From NCBI GenBank assembly GCA_035934795.1, contig DASYXM010000083.1:15506-79505 (forward strand): a stretch of 64,000 nucleotides of DNA. The letters run 5' to 3'. Origin of the DNA: Bryobacteraceae bacterium. GTDB lineage: Bacteria; Acidobacteriota; Terriglobia; Bryobacterales; Bryobacteraceae. Both the position numbers and the translations under genes were made by a program. The notes beneath the pieces are model-generated. The model was not told where the DNA came from, made no database searches, and saw nothing but the letters and a program-made list of their open reading frames with translations. Shown one piece after another: positions 45,152-53,624 of the stretch (position 1 is the stretch's first letter; every line of letters begins with the position of its first letter).

Positions 45152-45212
45152 AAACTACCTGTTTTTTAAAATGCCCTCCAGGGCCATTTCCCGGCCCGTG
45201 GCGCGACTGCAC
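45152..45212 (+). repeat. Copy 1 of a conserved ~57-nt intergenic element (AAACTACC - T6A4 - hairpin CCAGGGCC/GGCCCnTGG - CGCGA - TGCAC)
   Basis: It aligns with 60395-60462 in the same orientation, with about 47 of 57 core positions identical. The 15-mer TCCAGGGCCATTTCC is identical. The two substitutions inside the hairpin region fall at the loop and the bulge. Confidence 0.8.
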
Positions 45213-45363
45213 GGTCTTACAATCGTCTTGCTTCGGCTTGGTCCAATTTCGGGCCGCGAAAGTGAGGGAGCGGAGACGGCTCTCCCTCGAACTGACCCGC
45301 CCGTAGACGCATCTTTGCCGGACCCCTACCCAGAGGTCCTCCGAAGCCTAAAGTGGGGGCTTA

Positions 45364-45403
45364 GAACGCGCTACACAACGCGTCTTTTTTGACGCGCGTT
45401 TTT
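45364..45403 (+). terminator. Plus-strand intrinsic terminator with no annotated gene to terminate
   Basis: There are two overlapping GC hairpins. One is (G)ACGCG...CGCGT(C) followed by T6 (45385-45390). The other is CGCGTC-TTTTTT-GACGCG followed by T5. The nearest plus-strand gene ends 500 nt upstream. Confidence 0.55.
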
Positions 45404-45548
45404 CGTCCAACTTCATGTGGCTGATTTTCGAAGGTTTGCGGGAAAATCCGCGCTCCCTTCCGCACACTCCGATTTTGCTATCCTCGGGAGTACCGGAACG
45501 ATCTTCGCCTCATGTTAATTAATCCAGAAAAATGGGCCAGCAGATCGG

Positions 45549-45568
45549 AAAATGCGGGTGCGCCCGCA
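45549..45568 (-). terminator. Intrinsic terminator of the glucan-synthase operon
   Basis: The minus strand reads TGCGGG-cgca-CCCGCA followed by TTTT. It starts 24 nt after the stop at 45592. Confidence 0.55.
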
Positions 45569-45591
45569 GGATTTCATTCTCGGCATCGCGG

Positions 45592-48500
45592 TTAAGCGTC
45601 AACGCTGACCACGGCCAGTTCCGGGGCCGTCACGGTTTGCTCTTCTGTCGCGGTTAGCGCGGGGGCACGCTCTTGCAAGAGTAGTTCGGTTGCTGCCACC
45701 ATCGGCTCCGCGTGGAACCGCTCTTGCATCCGATTTCCAAGCAGCGCGTTACACAGCGCCAGCAGTCCCATGCCTTGGTGGTGCGCCATGAAAGATCGTA
45801 CGACTATCGCGGTCTGAGGGGATACTGAGAATCCCGACCAAAAGTCGACGGCTTCGAAGAAGCCATAGCGGCCGGTCCACCCGCGTGAATCCATGAGGCG
45901 CAAATTCTGAGTGGCGGGCTCACGCGCGATCATCAAGGCGAGCATGGACGCGTAAGGCGCGACCACGAGATTGTCGGGCTGCGAACGTCGCAGGCTGACC
46001 GCCGGAATTCCAAACGCGTGGTAGTCGTAATGCGACTCTCGACTTCGCGAGCAGCACGATGATTCTGAAATACCCCAAGGAACGTCGAGTTCGCGCGCGT
46101 ACGCTTGTTGCACCTGGACGACCCCGTTTAGGGTGTCTCCCAGTAGCGTCTGAGAGAAGGTTTTCATGAAGAGAGCGGGCATCAGGTATTCGAACATCGT
46201 TCCACTCCACGACAGCAAAGTCGTGTGTCCGCGGAAGGAAGCCAGTCTGCGGCCGAGCCGGAACCACGTTCGGCGGGGCGCGTCGCCCTTCGCGACGGCA
46301 AGAAATGCGGCGGTGCGCGCCTCGGAGGCGAGTAGATCGTAACAGCACTCGTCCAAACGTTCCGCCTGAACAGCGTATCCGACGCGCAACAAATCGCAAT
46401 CCGGGTCGTAGAGGAATGCGAAGTCCATGGCCCGCGCAAAACGTCCGGCCGTGCGTTCATTACGCGTGAGACGATCCACAAGGGCCCGGGCGCGGACGCG
46501 CGCCAGAACCACGTCTTCGCGGAGCCCGACAAGCAGAGCACGCATATCCACCGCGCACGCCGCAGATGAGTCCAGGAGTTGTGTAATGGCTTGCTCGATG
46601 CGGTCGTAGTTGTTGGAAAGGTCGCCCAGCTCCGGAACCGTCGCCAGGGCTCCGATCAGATTCTCAAACATGCAATCACTGGAGCGCCTTCGCAGCTGCT
46701 CCGTGTAGCGCTCCGCTAGCCACGGCGCTAAGTCCAGCAGGCCGCCGACCGCCGCTTGCGCACGTTCTCCCAGGGCGCGCTGCCAGTAGCGCACTTCATC
46801 CAAGCTCTCCGCCTCACCCGCTCCCAAATTCTCAAAGGTTGCATCGATGTGCTCTTTCAACCGGGCGATGAGTAACGTGGCGCCGTGCAGAACGCTTTGC
46901 CACTGGAACAGATTCTTGGGCCTTTTCCTGAGGGTCGCCATCAAATCTCCAACGAGGCGCGTCACGGGCGGCTGCTGCGCAGCGGGCGGCAAGCTCATCC
47001 ACAGACGCACACAGTGATCCCGCACACCTTCCAGAAGAGCTTCAGAGATGAGGGGCTGCCTCCTCATGCCCTCGCAGGCCTGCTTTACCGCGATTAATGC
47101 GGCAGCAAGATTTCCGCTGTCTACCGTCGACACATAGCGGGGATTGTCCGGCGTGAGCGTGCGGGTGTCGTACCAGTTAAGGAAATGGCCGCGATATTTC
47201 TCGAGACGGCGCATAGTGTTAAGCAAGTCGCCTATGCGGCCGGCCAGCTCGCCGGGCGCGATGTACCCGAAGTCGTAGGCGGCGACATTGCCGGCGAGCT
47301 GTAATCCGATGTTGGTGGGCGAAGTGTGGTGCGCGATGGCGCGCGGCTCTTCTTGCACATTGTCGGGGATGAGCCAATGGTCTTCCGGCTGGCCGAAGTC
47401 CGCGAAGTAACGCCACGTGCGCAGCGAGATATCGCGCAGAAAGGCGACCTCGCTGCGGACGTAGCGTCTGCCGCGGTGCGGCGACGCCTTCACGAAACTC
47501 GCGACGAGGGGGCTGGCGATCCAATGAGTGAGCAATAACAGGGGTAGCCAGGGCGCCGTATTTCGGAACCGGAATCCGATTGCGGCTGCGCACACAAGCC
47601 CGACGAGCAGGAGTGTGCCGCTCCACCGAAAACTCTTGTTCTCGCCTGCTTCCACCTGCGCCATACTCTCCCAATCCAGCAGACTCCTGCCGGTGACGAA
47701 GCGCCGTATCAGCGTCCGGGCAATGCCGTCGGCGGCGACCAACGCCTGATCGGGAAGGACGACCAGCCAGAGCCAGGCTTCCTGATGAGCGCGCCAGAAT
47801 TCGGCGGCCCGTTCGCGGAAATGGCTGGGCCAGAAGCGCACAGGAGGCAAATCGAACAGCGAGTTGACCGCTGCGACGTAGGCGGGGAACACCAAGATTC
47901 CCAACGCGGCGAAGGTGATACGCACCGATGCCGAGGGGGCCAGCGTCCATCCGGCAACAATCACCAGCAGAAGGCTGATTTCGAACAAGCTGCGCCGCAG
48001 ATTGTCAGCGAGCTTCCAGCGTGAACACAGCCGGAGGGGGTTGGGGATCCAACTTCCATCCCCGCGCGGTACGCGGGGAAGCAGCCAGCAGAGAAGTTGC
48101 CAGTCTCCCCGGATCCAGCGGTGCTTACGCTTGGCGTACACTTCATAACTGCTCGGATGGTCTTCGATCACGTCGACATCGGTAGCGAATCCCACACCCG
48201 CATGCTCCCCTTCGATTAGATCGTGGCTCAGCAGGGTGTTGGCGGGGAAGCGGCCGTCGAACACCGCATGAAAGGCACGCAGATCGTAGATGCCTTTCCC
48301 CGTAAAGTTGGCCTGTCCGTACAAGTCATGATAGACGTCGGCAATCGCCGTGGTGTACTGATCTAGTCCCGTTTGCCGGTTGAAAATTCGCGAAAAACGC
48401 GATCTTCCCGCTGATTCCATGCTGGTGCTCACACGGGGCTGCAAGATCGTGCAACCGTTTTGGATGGTTTTTGAAATGGGATGAATCACGGGTTTCTGAA

Positions 48501-50061
48501 GCGGGTGAGCGAGCGAGCCGACCAGCTTCCAGGCGGTATCGCGAGGCAATTGCGTGTCAGTGTCCAGCGTGATCACATTTCGAATGGAGCCGATCGCCGA
48601 TAGATCGCCGATTTTTACCTCGAAAGCGTCATCAAGGCCTAGGAGCAAACGATGAAAATCCTCGAGTTTACCGCGTTTGCGTTCGCGGCCCATCCAAGCT
48701 CTTTGACTCTGGTTCCACTGCTGGCCGCGATGGAACAAGTAAAACGGAGATCGGCCTCCGGAAGAATACCGGCGGTTCAAGCGGCGGATGCCGTTGGCGC
48801 AGAACTCCACCAGGGGATGGTCGCTGGGAACGGGTGATGAAGAGTCCGGAAAATCGGTGAGCAGACCGAACACGAGATTACAGTCACGGTTGGCCAAATA
48901 GTGAATCTCCAGCCGCTCAAAAAGGCGTTCGACGGCCGGCCGCGACAGTAATAACGTCGGCACGACGACGAAAGTGCGATGTTCGTCCGGGATTCCTTTA
49001 GAGAAATCGAGGCGCGGCATGGGCCTGCGGGGCAGGGCAGAGTTAACCAGCAGGTTCACGAGGGTGATCGCCGGCGCACTGGACGGTAACCACAACATAA
49101 CTACCCACCACCAGGCGAGCGGACCGGCAAAGTGATAAATGGCACTGGCTACCGCCGCGGTCGCAATCGCGATTCCACCGATGTAAACCAGGTTCGGAAA
49201 GCGTAGCGCCAGCTCCTGGAATTTCGATGGCCAAGGCACCCTCAGCCCTCCCCGCTTGCGCAGGTCCGCGATTCCAGACCCTACCAGGTAGTAGCCCACG
49301 TGTGACCGCCGAGAGTCATCGTGGAGATCTACGGCTTCTCCGGCCAGAGTCGCTGCGAGTGTTGCGACGCTTTCCTCGCTACGCTCGGACTGTTTCGCGA
49401 GACCTTCCACCCGATGTCTGTATAAATCTCTGCTTTCGAAATCCATCTCGAGATAAATGCCGGCCGGATCCCGGGACAAAATGTGGTGCACCGTCGAGAT
49501 GGACTCGATCAAGGTCTGCCAACGGATCCTCCCCAGGGAATGAAGACATCCGATCGCACCCAGGACCACCGACTCACAATGCGAAGAGTCCAAGGGCCGG
49601 TCGGACACGCTTCGGGCGATTTTCTCGATCAAAACGAGCCTGACAATGGGCGGAATGGCCCACAGTTCAGCCAGCGTCAAGGCCGTGCCGAGCCGATCGG
49701 GATTGAACAATTCCGCAAGCGCCGCCGTCGTGAGCAGTTTGCCGAGCGCCTGCGGTGCAAGAGGGCTCGAAATGACGCAGCCGAGTGTGCTGGAGATCAC
49801 ACTATAGACGCGAGGTTCGGCTTTTTGCCCGTATCCTTCTGCCCGGATCAGCTGCTGGCAGTATTCTTGCGAGAGAGCCGATCCCAATTCTTCGATTTGC
49901 GACTGGATGAACCACTGCTGGCCAAGCAGCCAGGAGGCCACCGGCGGCCGGCTCTCAGCAGGCAGCCGCGAAATTTCGCGATAGACACGCCGAAGAATGC
50001 GGGCGCTGTCGACGAGAACCCCGCGCAGGAACCGGGTTTTGAGAGGTAGGGAACGAGACAT
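45592..50061 (-). CDS. Cyclic beta-1,2-glucan synthase-like protein (TM region + GT84-type transferase + glucoamylase-like (alpha/alpha)6 domain), without the C-terminal GH94 phosphorylase module
   Basis: Transferase blocks are 'RTFVVVPTLLLS', 'ITLDTDTQLPRD', 'SHDLIEGEH' and 'RKHRWIRGDWQLL'. Downstream blocks are 'HHTSPTNIGLQLAG', 'VSTVDSGNLAA' and 'FMAHHQGMGLLAL'. The start is at ATG 50061 (MSRSLPL...), just after the ABC gene stop. Confidence 0.85.
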   Translation of the reverse strand: MSRSLPLKTRFLRGVLVDSARILRRVYREISRLPAESRPPVASWLLGQQWFIQSQIEELGSALSQEYCQQLIRAEGYGQKAEPRVYSVISSTLGCVISSPLAPQALGKLLTTAALAELFNPDRLGTALTLAELWAIPPIVRLVLIEKIARSVSDRPLDSSHCESVVLGAIGCLHSLGRIRWQTLIESISTVHHILSRDPAGIYLEMDFESRDLYRHRVEGLAKQSERSEESVATLAATLAGEAVDLHDDSRRSHVGYYLVGSGIADLRKRGGLRVPWPSKFQELALRFPNLVYIGGIAIATAAVASAIYHFAGPLAWWWVVMLWLPSSAPAITLVNLLVNSALPRRPMPRLDFSKGIPDEHRTFVVVPTLLLSRPAVERLFERLEIHYLANRDCNLVFGLLTDFPDSSSPVPSDHPLVEFCANGIRRLNRRYSSGGRSPFYLFHRGQQWNQSQRAWMGRERKRGKLEDFHRLLLGLDDAFEVKIGDLSAIGSIRNVITLDTDTQLPRDTAWKLVGSLAHPLQKPVIHPISKTIQNGCTILQPRVSTSMESAGRSRFSRIFNRQTGLDQYTTAIADVYHDLYGQANFTGKGIYDLRAFHAVFDGRFPANTLLSHDLIEGEHAGVGFATDVDVIEDHPSSYEVYAKRKHRWIRGDWQLLCWLLPRVPRGDGSWIPNPLRLCSRWKLADNLRRSLFEISLLLVIVAGWTLAPSASVRITFAALGILVFPAYVAAVNSLFDLPPVRFWPSHFRERAAEFWRAHQEAWLWLVVLPDQALVAADGIARTLIRRFVTGRSLLDWESMAQVEAGENKSFRWSGTLLLVGLVCAAAIGFRFRNTAPWLPLLLLTHWIASPLVASFVKASPHRGRRYVRSEVAFLRDISLRTWRYFADFGQPEDHWLIPDNVQEEPRAIAHHTSPTNIGLQLAGNVAAYDFGYIAPGELAGRIGDLLNTMRRLEKYRGHFLNWYDTRTLTPDNPRYVSTVDSGNLAAALIAVKQACEGMRRQPLISEALLEGVRDHCVRLWMSLPPAAQQPPVTRLVGDLMATLRKRPKNLFQWQSVLHGATLLIARLKEHIDATFENLGAGEAESLDEVRYWQRALGERAQAAVGGLLDLAPWLAERYTEQLRRRSSDCMFENLIGALATVPELGDLSNNYDRIEQAITQLLDSSAACAVDMRALLVGLREDVVLARVRARALVDRLTRNERTAGRFARAMDFAFLYDPDCDLLRVGYAVQAERLDECCYDLLASEARTAAFLAVAKGDAPRRTWFRLGRRLASFRGHTTLLSWSGTMFEYLMPALFMKTFSQTLLGDTLNGVVQVQQAYARELDVPWGISESSCCSRSRESHYDYHAFGIPAVSLRRSQPDNLVVAPYASMLALMIAREPATQNLRLMDSRGWTGRYGFFEAVDFWSGFSVSPQTAIVVRSFMAHHQGMGLLALCNALLGNRMQERFHAEPMVAATELLLQERAPALTATEEQTVTAPELAVVSVDA

Positions 50062-50080
50062 TTCGACACCTGTAACGCGT

Positions 50081-51904
50081 CTATCTGTAACTGGCAGCTT
50101 GAAGCTCGAACATGCCGGCATACCGGCCACCTCGGTCTATCAGTTGAGCGTGCGTGCCTTCTTCGCGAATCGATCCGGCCTCGAGCACAACGATTCGATC
50201 CGACATGCGCACCGTGGAAAAGCGGTGCGAAATAAGAATCGCCATCTTGCCCCTGGTCAGCTCCGCGAAACGTTTGAACACCTCGTACTCCGAGTTCGCA
50301 TCGAGCATGGCGGTCGGCTCGTCGAGAATCAGAATGTGGGCGTCGCGCAAGTACGCGCGCGCCAGAGCGATCTTCTGCCACTCGCCGCCGGAGAGATCCA
50401 CGCCCTCCTCGAAGCGCCGGCCGAGCATTTGATCTAGACCGTCAGGCAGCCGGTCGAGAAGCTTGCGGGCCCCGCTCCGAAACGCCGCCTCCGCCAGCCG
50501 TTCGTCCTGGTCGCGACACTCGATGCGGCCCGCCGCAATGTTCTCGCGCGCCGTCAGGTCATAGCGCACGAAATCCTGGAAAATGACGCCTATGGATCTG
50601 TGCAATTCATCGAGGTCGTACTCGCGAAGATCCTCTCCGTCGAGCAAGATTCGCCCCGCCGTCGGTTCGTAAAGCCGCGTCATCAATTTGACGAGGGTCG
50701 TCTTTCCCTGACCGTTTTCCCCAACGAGTGCGATCCGCTCCTGCGGCCCGATGCGGAGATCGACATGATCGAGCACGAGCCGGAGGGCGCCCGGATATGC
50801 GAAACACACGCCGCGGAACTCGAACCCGTCGCGAATGCTACGGGGCGCAGGCAAAGCCATCGCGGCGTTGCGAATCTTGGGTTTCATGGCGAAGAACTGG
50901 AGGAGATCGGTGAGGAAGAGCGCTTGGTCGGCAATGCCCGTGAACGTCGAAAAGACCATTTGGATTTGGCTGCTGGAGCCGGCCAGCGCGCCGGCCAGGA
51001 AGGTGAGGTCGCCAATGGTCAATGCTCCTCGGATCGCGCGGAGAACCAGGAACGCGTACGCCGCGTAGTATCCAAGCGAGCCGGCGATCGCCAGCAACGC
51101 ACCCATCCGTAATCGCCGCGCAGCCAGTCTTTTGTTCCGGCTGATGACCTCCTCGTCGATCGCCGTAAACCGGTTCCGCAAGTAGGACCCCAGACCGAAC
51201 AGCTTCAGTTCTTTCGCACTTTCCTTCTTGGTGCCCAAATCGCGCAGATAATCGAGCTCTCTTCGGAGAGGCGTCAGACTATACGCCAATGAGTACCCTA
51301 GGAAAGCGAAATGGCTTTCGCCTAGAAAAGCCGGCAGCACCGCGGCAATCATCAATATGAATAGGAACGGCGAAAATGCCAGGACCCCTGCCGAGAGCGA
51401 AACAAGTGTGACGATCTGCTGCAGCAGCCGTCCGAGCGCGCTCAACATCCCGATCCGGTCATTGGCCTGGACGCGCGCCCGCTCAAGCTTGTCGTAGAAA
51501 TCCGGATCCTCAAACGATTCCAGGTCGAGCGTGGCTGCGTGCTGCATGACACGTACGCTCACTTCATGCGAAAACCGATCCGCCAGGCGCCCGTCGCAGT
51601 AATCGATGGCCCGGCCCAGGACCGCTCCCACCGCCGCTATCGCGAACTCGGCGGCCAACAAAATCCAAACTTCGCGCGAAACCGGCCCCGGATTTCGCGT
51701 GGCGTGGACCACGGCATCGATGATGAGTTTTCCAATCCACAGCGCGGCCAGCGGGACCAGCGCGACAATCACACGGAATCCGGCCGCTGCCGCAACAAAC
51801 CTGGGGCTGGATTGCCAAAGGAGGGCCAACACGGGCGGTAGATTTTTCAGGGCAGAGAGGCGCTCCCGCCAAGGTTTCCATCCCGACTTCAACGCCGACC
51901 GCAT
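50081..51904 (-). CDS. ABC exporter, fused permease + ATPase (NdvA/ChvA-like glucan exporter candidate)
   Basis: The protein has a six-TM N-domain. ATPase motifs are Walker A 'GENGQGKTTL', the signature 'LSGGEWQKIALARA' and Walker B 'ILILDEPT'. Confidence 0.9.
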   Translation of the reverse strand: MRSALKSGWKPWRERLSALKNLPPVLALLWQSSPRFVAAAAGFRVIVALVPLAALWIGKLIIDAVVHATRNPGPVSREVWILLAAEFAIAAVGAVLGRAIDYCDGRLADRFSHEVSVRVMQHAATLDLESFEDPDFYDKLERARVQANDRIGMLSALGRLLQQIVTLVSLSAGVLAFSPFLFILMIAAVLPAFLGESHFAFLGYSLAYSLTPLRRELDYLRDLGTKKESAKELKLFGLGSYLRNRFTAIDEEVISRNKRLAARRLRMGALLAIAGSLGYYAAYAFLVLRAIRGALTIGDLTFLAGALAGSSSQIQMVFSTFTGIADQALFLTDLLQFFAMKPKIRNAAMALPAPRSIRDGFEFRGVCFAYPGALRLVLDHVDLRIGPQERIALVGENGQGKTTLVKLMTRLYEPTAGRILLDGEDLREYDLDELHRSIGVIFQDFVRYDLTARENIAAGRIECRDQDERLAEAAFRSGARKLLDRLPDGLDQMLGRRFEEGVDLSGGEWQKIALARAYLRDAHILILDEPTAMLDANSEYEVFKRFAELTRGKMAILISHRFSTVRMSDRIVVLEAGSIREEGTHAQLIDRGGRYAGMFELQAASYR

Positions 51905-52004
51905 CGCAAAGCTCGCAAACGATTGATCATGATCTCCCAGACCCGTGCGGATGCGGAAGTTCTCTCTGAGCTTTGCAATCGGAGTGCCAGCCTAGCGGTA
52001 AGCG

Positions 52005-53624
52005 CTACTCGAAATGCCGAAATACGCGTGGAGCGGATCCTGTTTTATCCGTGCCGTCCTCACTGAGCAGTTTGTGCTGATCGGCGGGTGCCAGTTCGTC
52101 AAGAAGCGTCGTGAAGACAGCGTTGGTCCAGCCAAAACCTGCTTCGTTGGTGCGGTACCCGAGGTGAATTTCGCCGCGCAGGTTAGAGACTCGCCGCACG
52201 ACGTCGTATTTCTCCACGATGATGCCACTCCTGCGAAATTCCTGAAGGACCAGCGACAGGAACTCCCGGCTGATCCGATCCGCATCTTGGTTGTAGCCAT
52301 AACGCCGCATCCCCTGAATGGCGATCATTTCCAAGGGAGCCCATCCGAACGGAGCGTCCCATTGGTCGCCGCTTAATACGGTGCTGGTCTGCAATCCGCC
52401 GGGGCGCTCGAACATTGGCAGGTTCTCAACGATGCGCGCAGCCTGTTGCGGACTCGCAAGGCCGGCCCATAGCGGATAGAACGTGGTCAGGAACGGGTAT
52501 CGGCGCACGCGCTTCTGCGTGAAAGCGTAGTCGTAGTACAGGCCGTCCTGGGGGTCCCAGAGAAGGCGGTTGATCCGTGCCGCACGATCCCGAGCGCGAT
52601 TCCTCCAGACCTGCACTTCCGAATCGCGACGCAGAATTTCCAGGATTTCCGCGGTCTGCGTCTCCATAAGATACAGAAGAGAACTCAGACAAACAGGATT
52701 GTAGTGGACGATATCCACGCTGAACGGTCCGAAGCGATTCGACGGATCGAACCCCGACTCACGCATGGAGCGGTCGCCCCTGTAAAACAACGCCGTGAGC
52801 CGGTCGGTGGAGCGGTCGTAATATTGGCTTGCGTCGTAATCTGGGACCGCATGGGATCGAAAGTACTCGCGGGCCACATCATATGGCGTCCGGCCGTGCT
52901 CGTCGCGTTCTCCGGAAAGAACCTCTGGCGCCGGTCCTTCTCCTAGATCGAAGTAACGGCTCAGGCCGGTTTCCGAAGTCGCATGCGGTTCACTGGTCCA
53001 ATAACGATAATACGTTTCGATGGCGGGCAGCGATGCCTCCAGCCATTTGCGATCCCCCGTTTGCCGGTAGACGGCCAGTAGCATTTCAGTAAGGAACGGG
53101 GGTTGCGAACGTGTCAGATAGTAAGTTCTGTTTGCGTTCAGAACCTTGCCATACTCCCGGACTTCGTACAGGAAATTGTCAGCCATGTCCCGGGCGAGCG
53201 CGAGCTCGCCATCGCGAAGCAGTCCCTTCTGAATGAAGTAGCTGTCCCAGCCGTACATTTCATTGAAGCGGCCGCCGGGGACAACGTAGGGCCTAGGCAG
53301 ATACAACAACCCATGCTCGCGAACCTCAGTCGGGTCCAGCGGAAGAGGACGTATGTCGATGTTCCCGAAATCGGACGGATTCATTGCTTTACGCAACTCT
53401 TGCGCGACCCGCGTAAGCTCGCCGCTCGCGGCATATACCGGCCAGCGGCTGTGTACACCGGCGTGGAATTTTGGATCGGCGGCTGCCGAAGCAAGATTCC
53501 GATTCGAACGTGTCAGCACGTTCCAGGTTCGCCGGATATAGTCGAGAATCGACGGCGCCTGCGCACCCGGACCGAGACTAGCAGCGCAAATCACGATGCC
53601 AAGGGCGATCGCCGCTATCTTCAT
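52005..53624 (-). CDS. treA: Periplasmic alpha,alpha-trehalase (GH37)
   Basis: A signal peptide is followed by 'PGGRFNEMYGWDSYF', 'LTRSQPPFL', 'ESGFDPSNRF', 'QWDAPFGWAPL' and 'AGFGWTNAVF'. Confidence 0.9.
   Translation of the reverse strand: MKIAAIALGIVICAASLGPGAQAPSILDYIRRTWNVLTRSNRNLASAAADPKFHAGVHSRWPVYAASGELTRVAQELRKAMNPSDFGNIDIRPLPLDPTEVREHGLLYLPRPYVVPGGRFNEMYGWDSYFIQKGLLRDGELALARDMADNFLYEVREYGKVLNANRTYYLTRSQPPFLTEMLLAVYRQTGDRKWLEASLPAIETYYRYWTSEPHATSETGLSRYFDLGEGPAPEVLSGERDEHGRTPYDVAREYFRSHAVPDYDASQYYDRSTDRLTALFYRGDRSMRESGFDPSNRFGPFSVDIVHYNPVCLSSLLYLMETQTAEILEILRRDSEVQVWRNRARDRAARINRLLWDPQDGLYYDYAFTQKRVRRYPFLTTFYPLWAGLASPQQAARIVENLPMFERPGGLQTSTVLSGDQWDAPFGWAPLEMIAIQGMRRYGYNQDADRISREFLSLVLQEFRRSGIIVEKYDVVRRVSNLRGEIHLGYRTNEAGFGWTNAVFTTLLDELAPADQHKLLSEDGTDKTGSAPRVFRHFE

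Noticed and set aside
45149-45212. Small protein encoded across the 57-nt repeat on the minus strand ('SRHGPGNGPG..FKK', present in both copies).
   Set aside because: Similarity stops after about 18 codons because of a 1-nt indel, and the downstream peptides are unrelated and of implausible composition. Nucleotide or structure conservation explains the pattern better.
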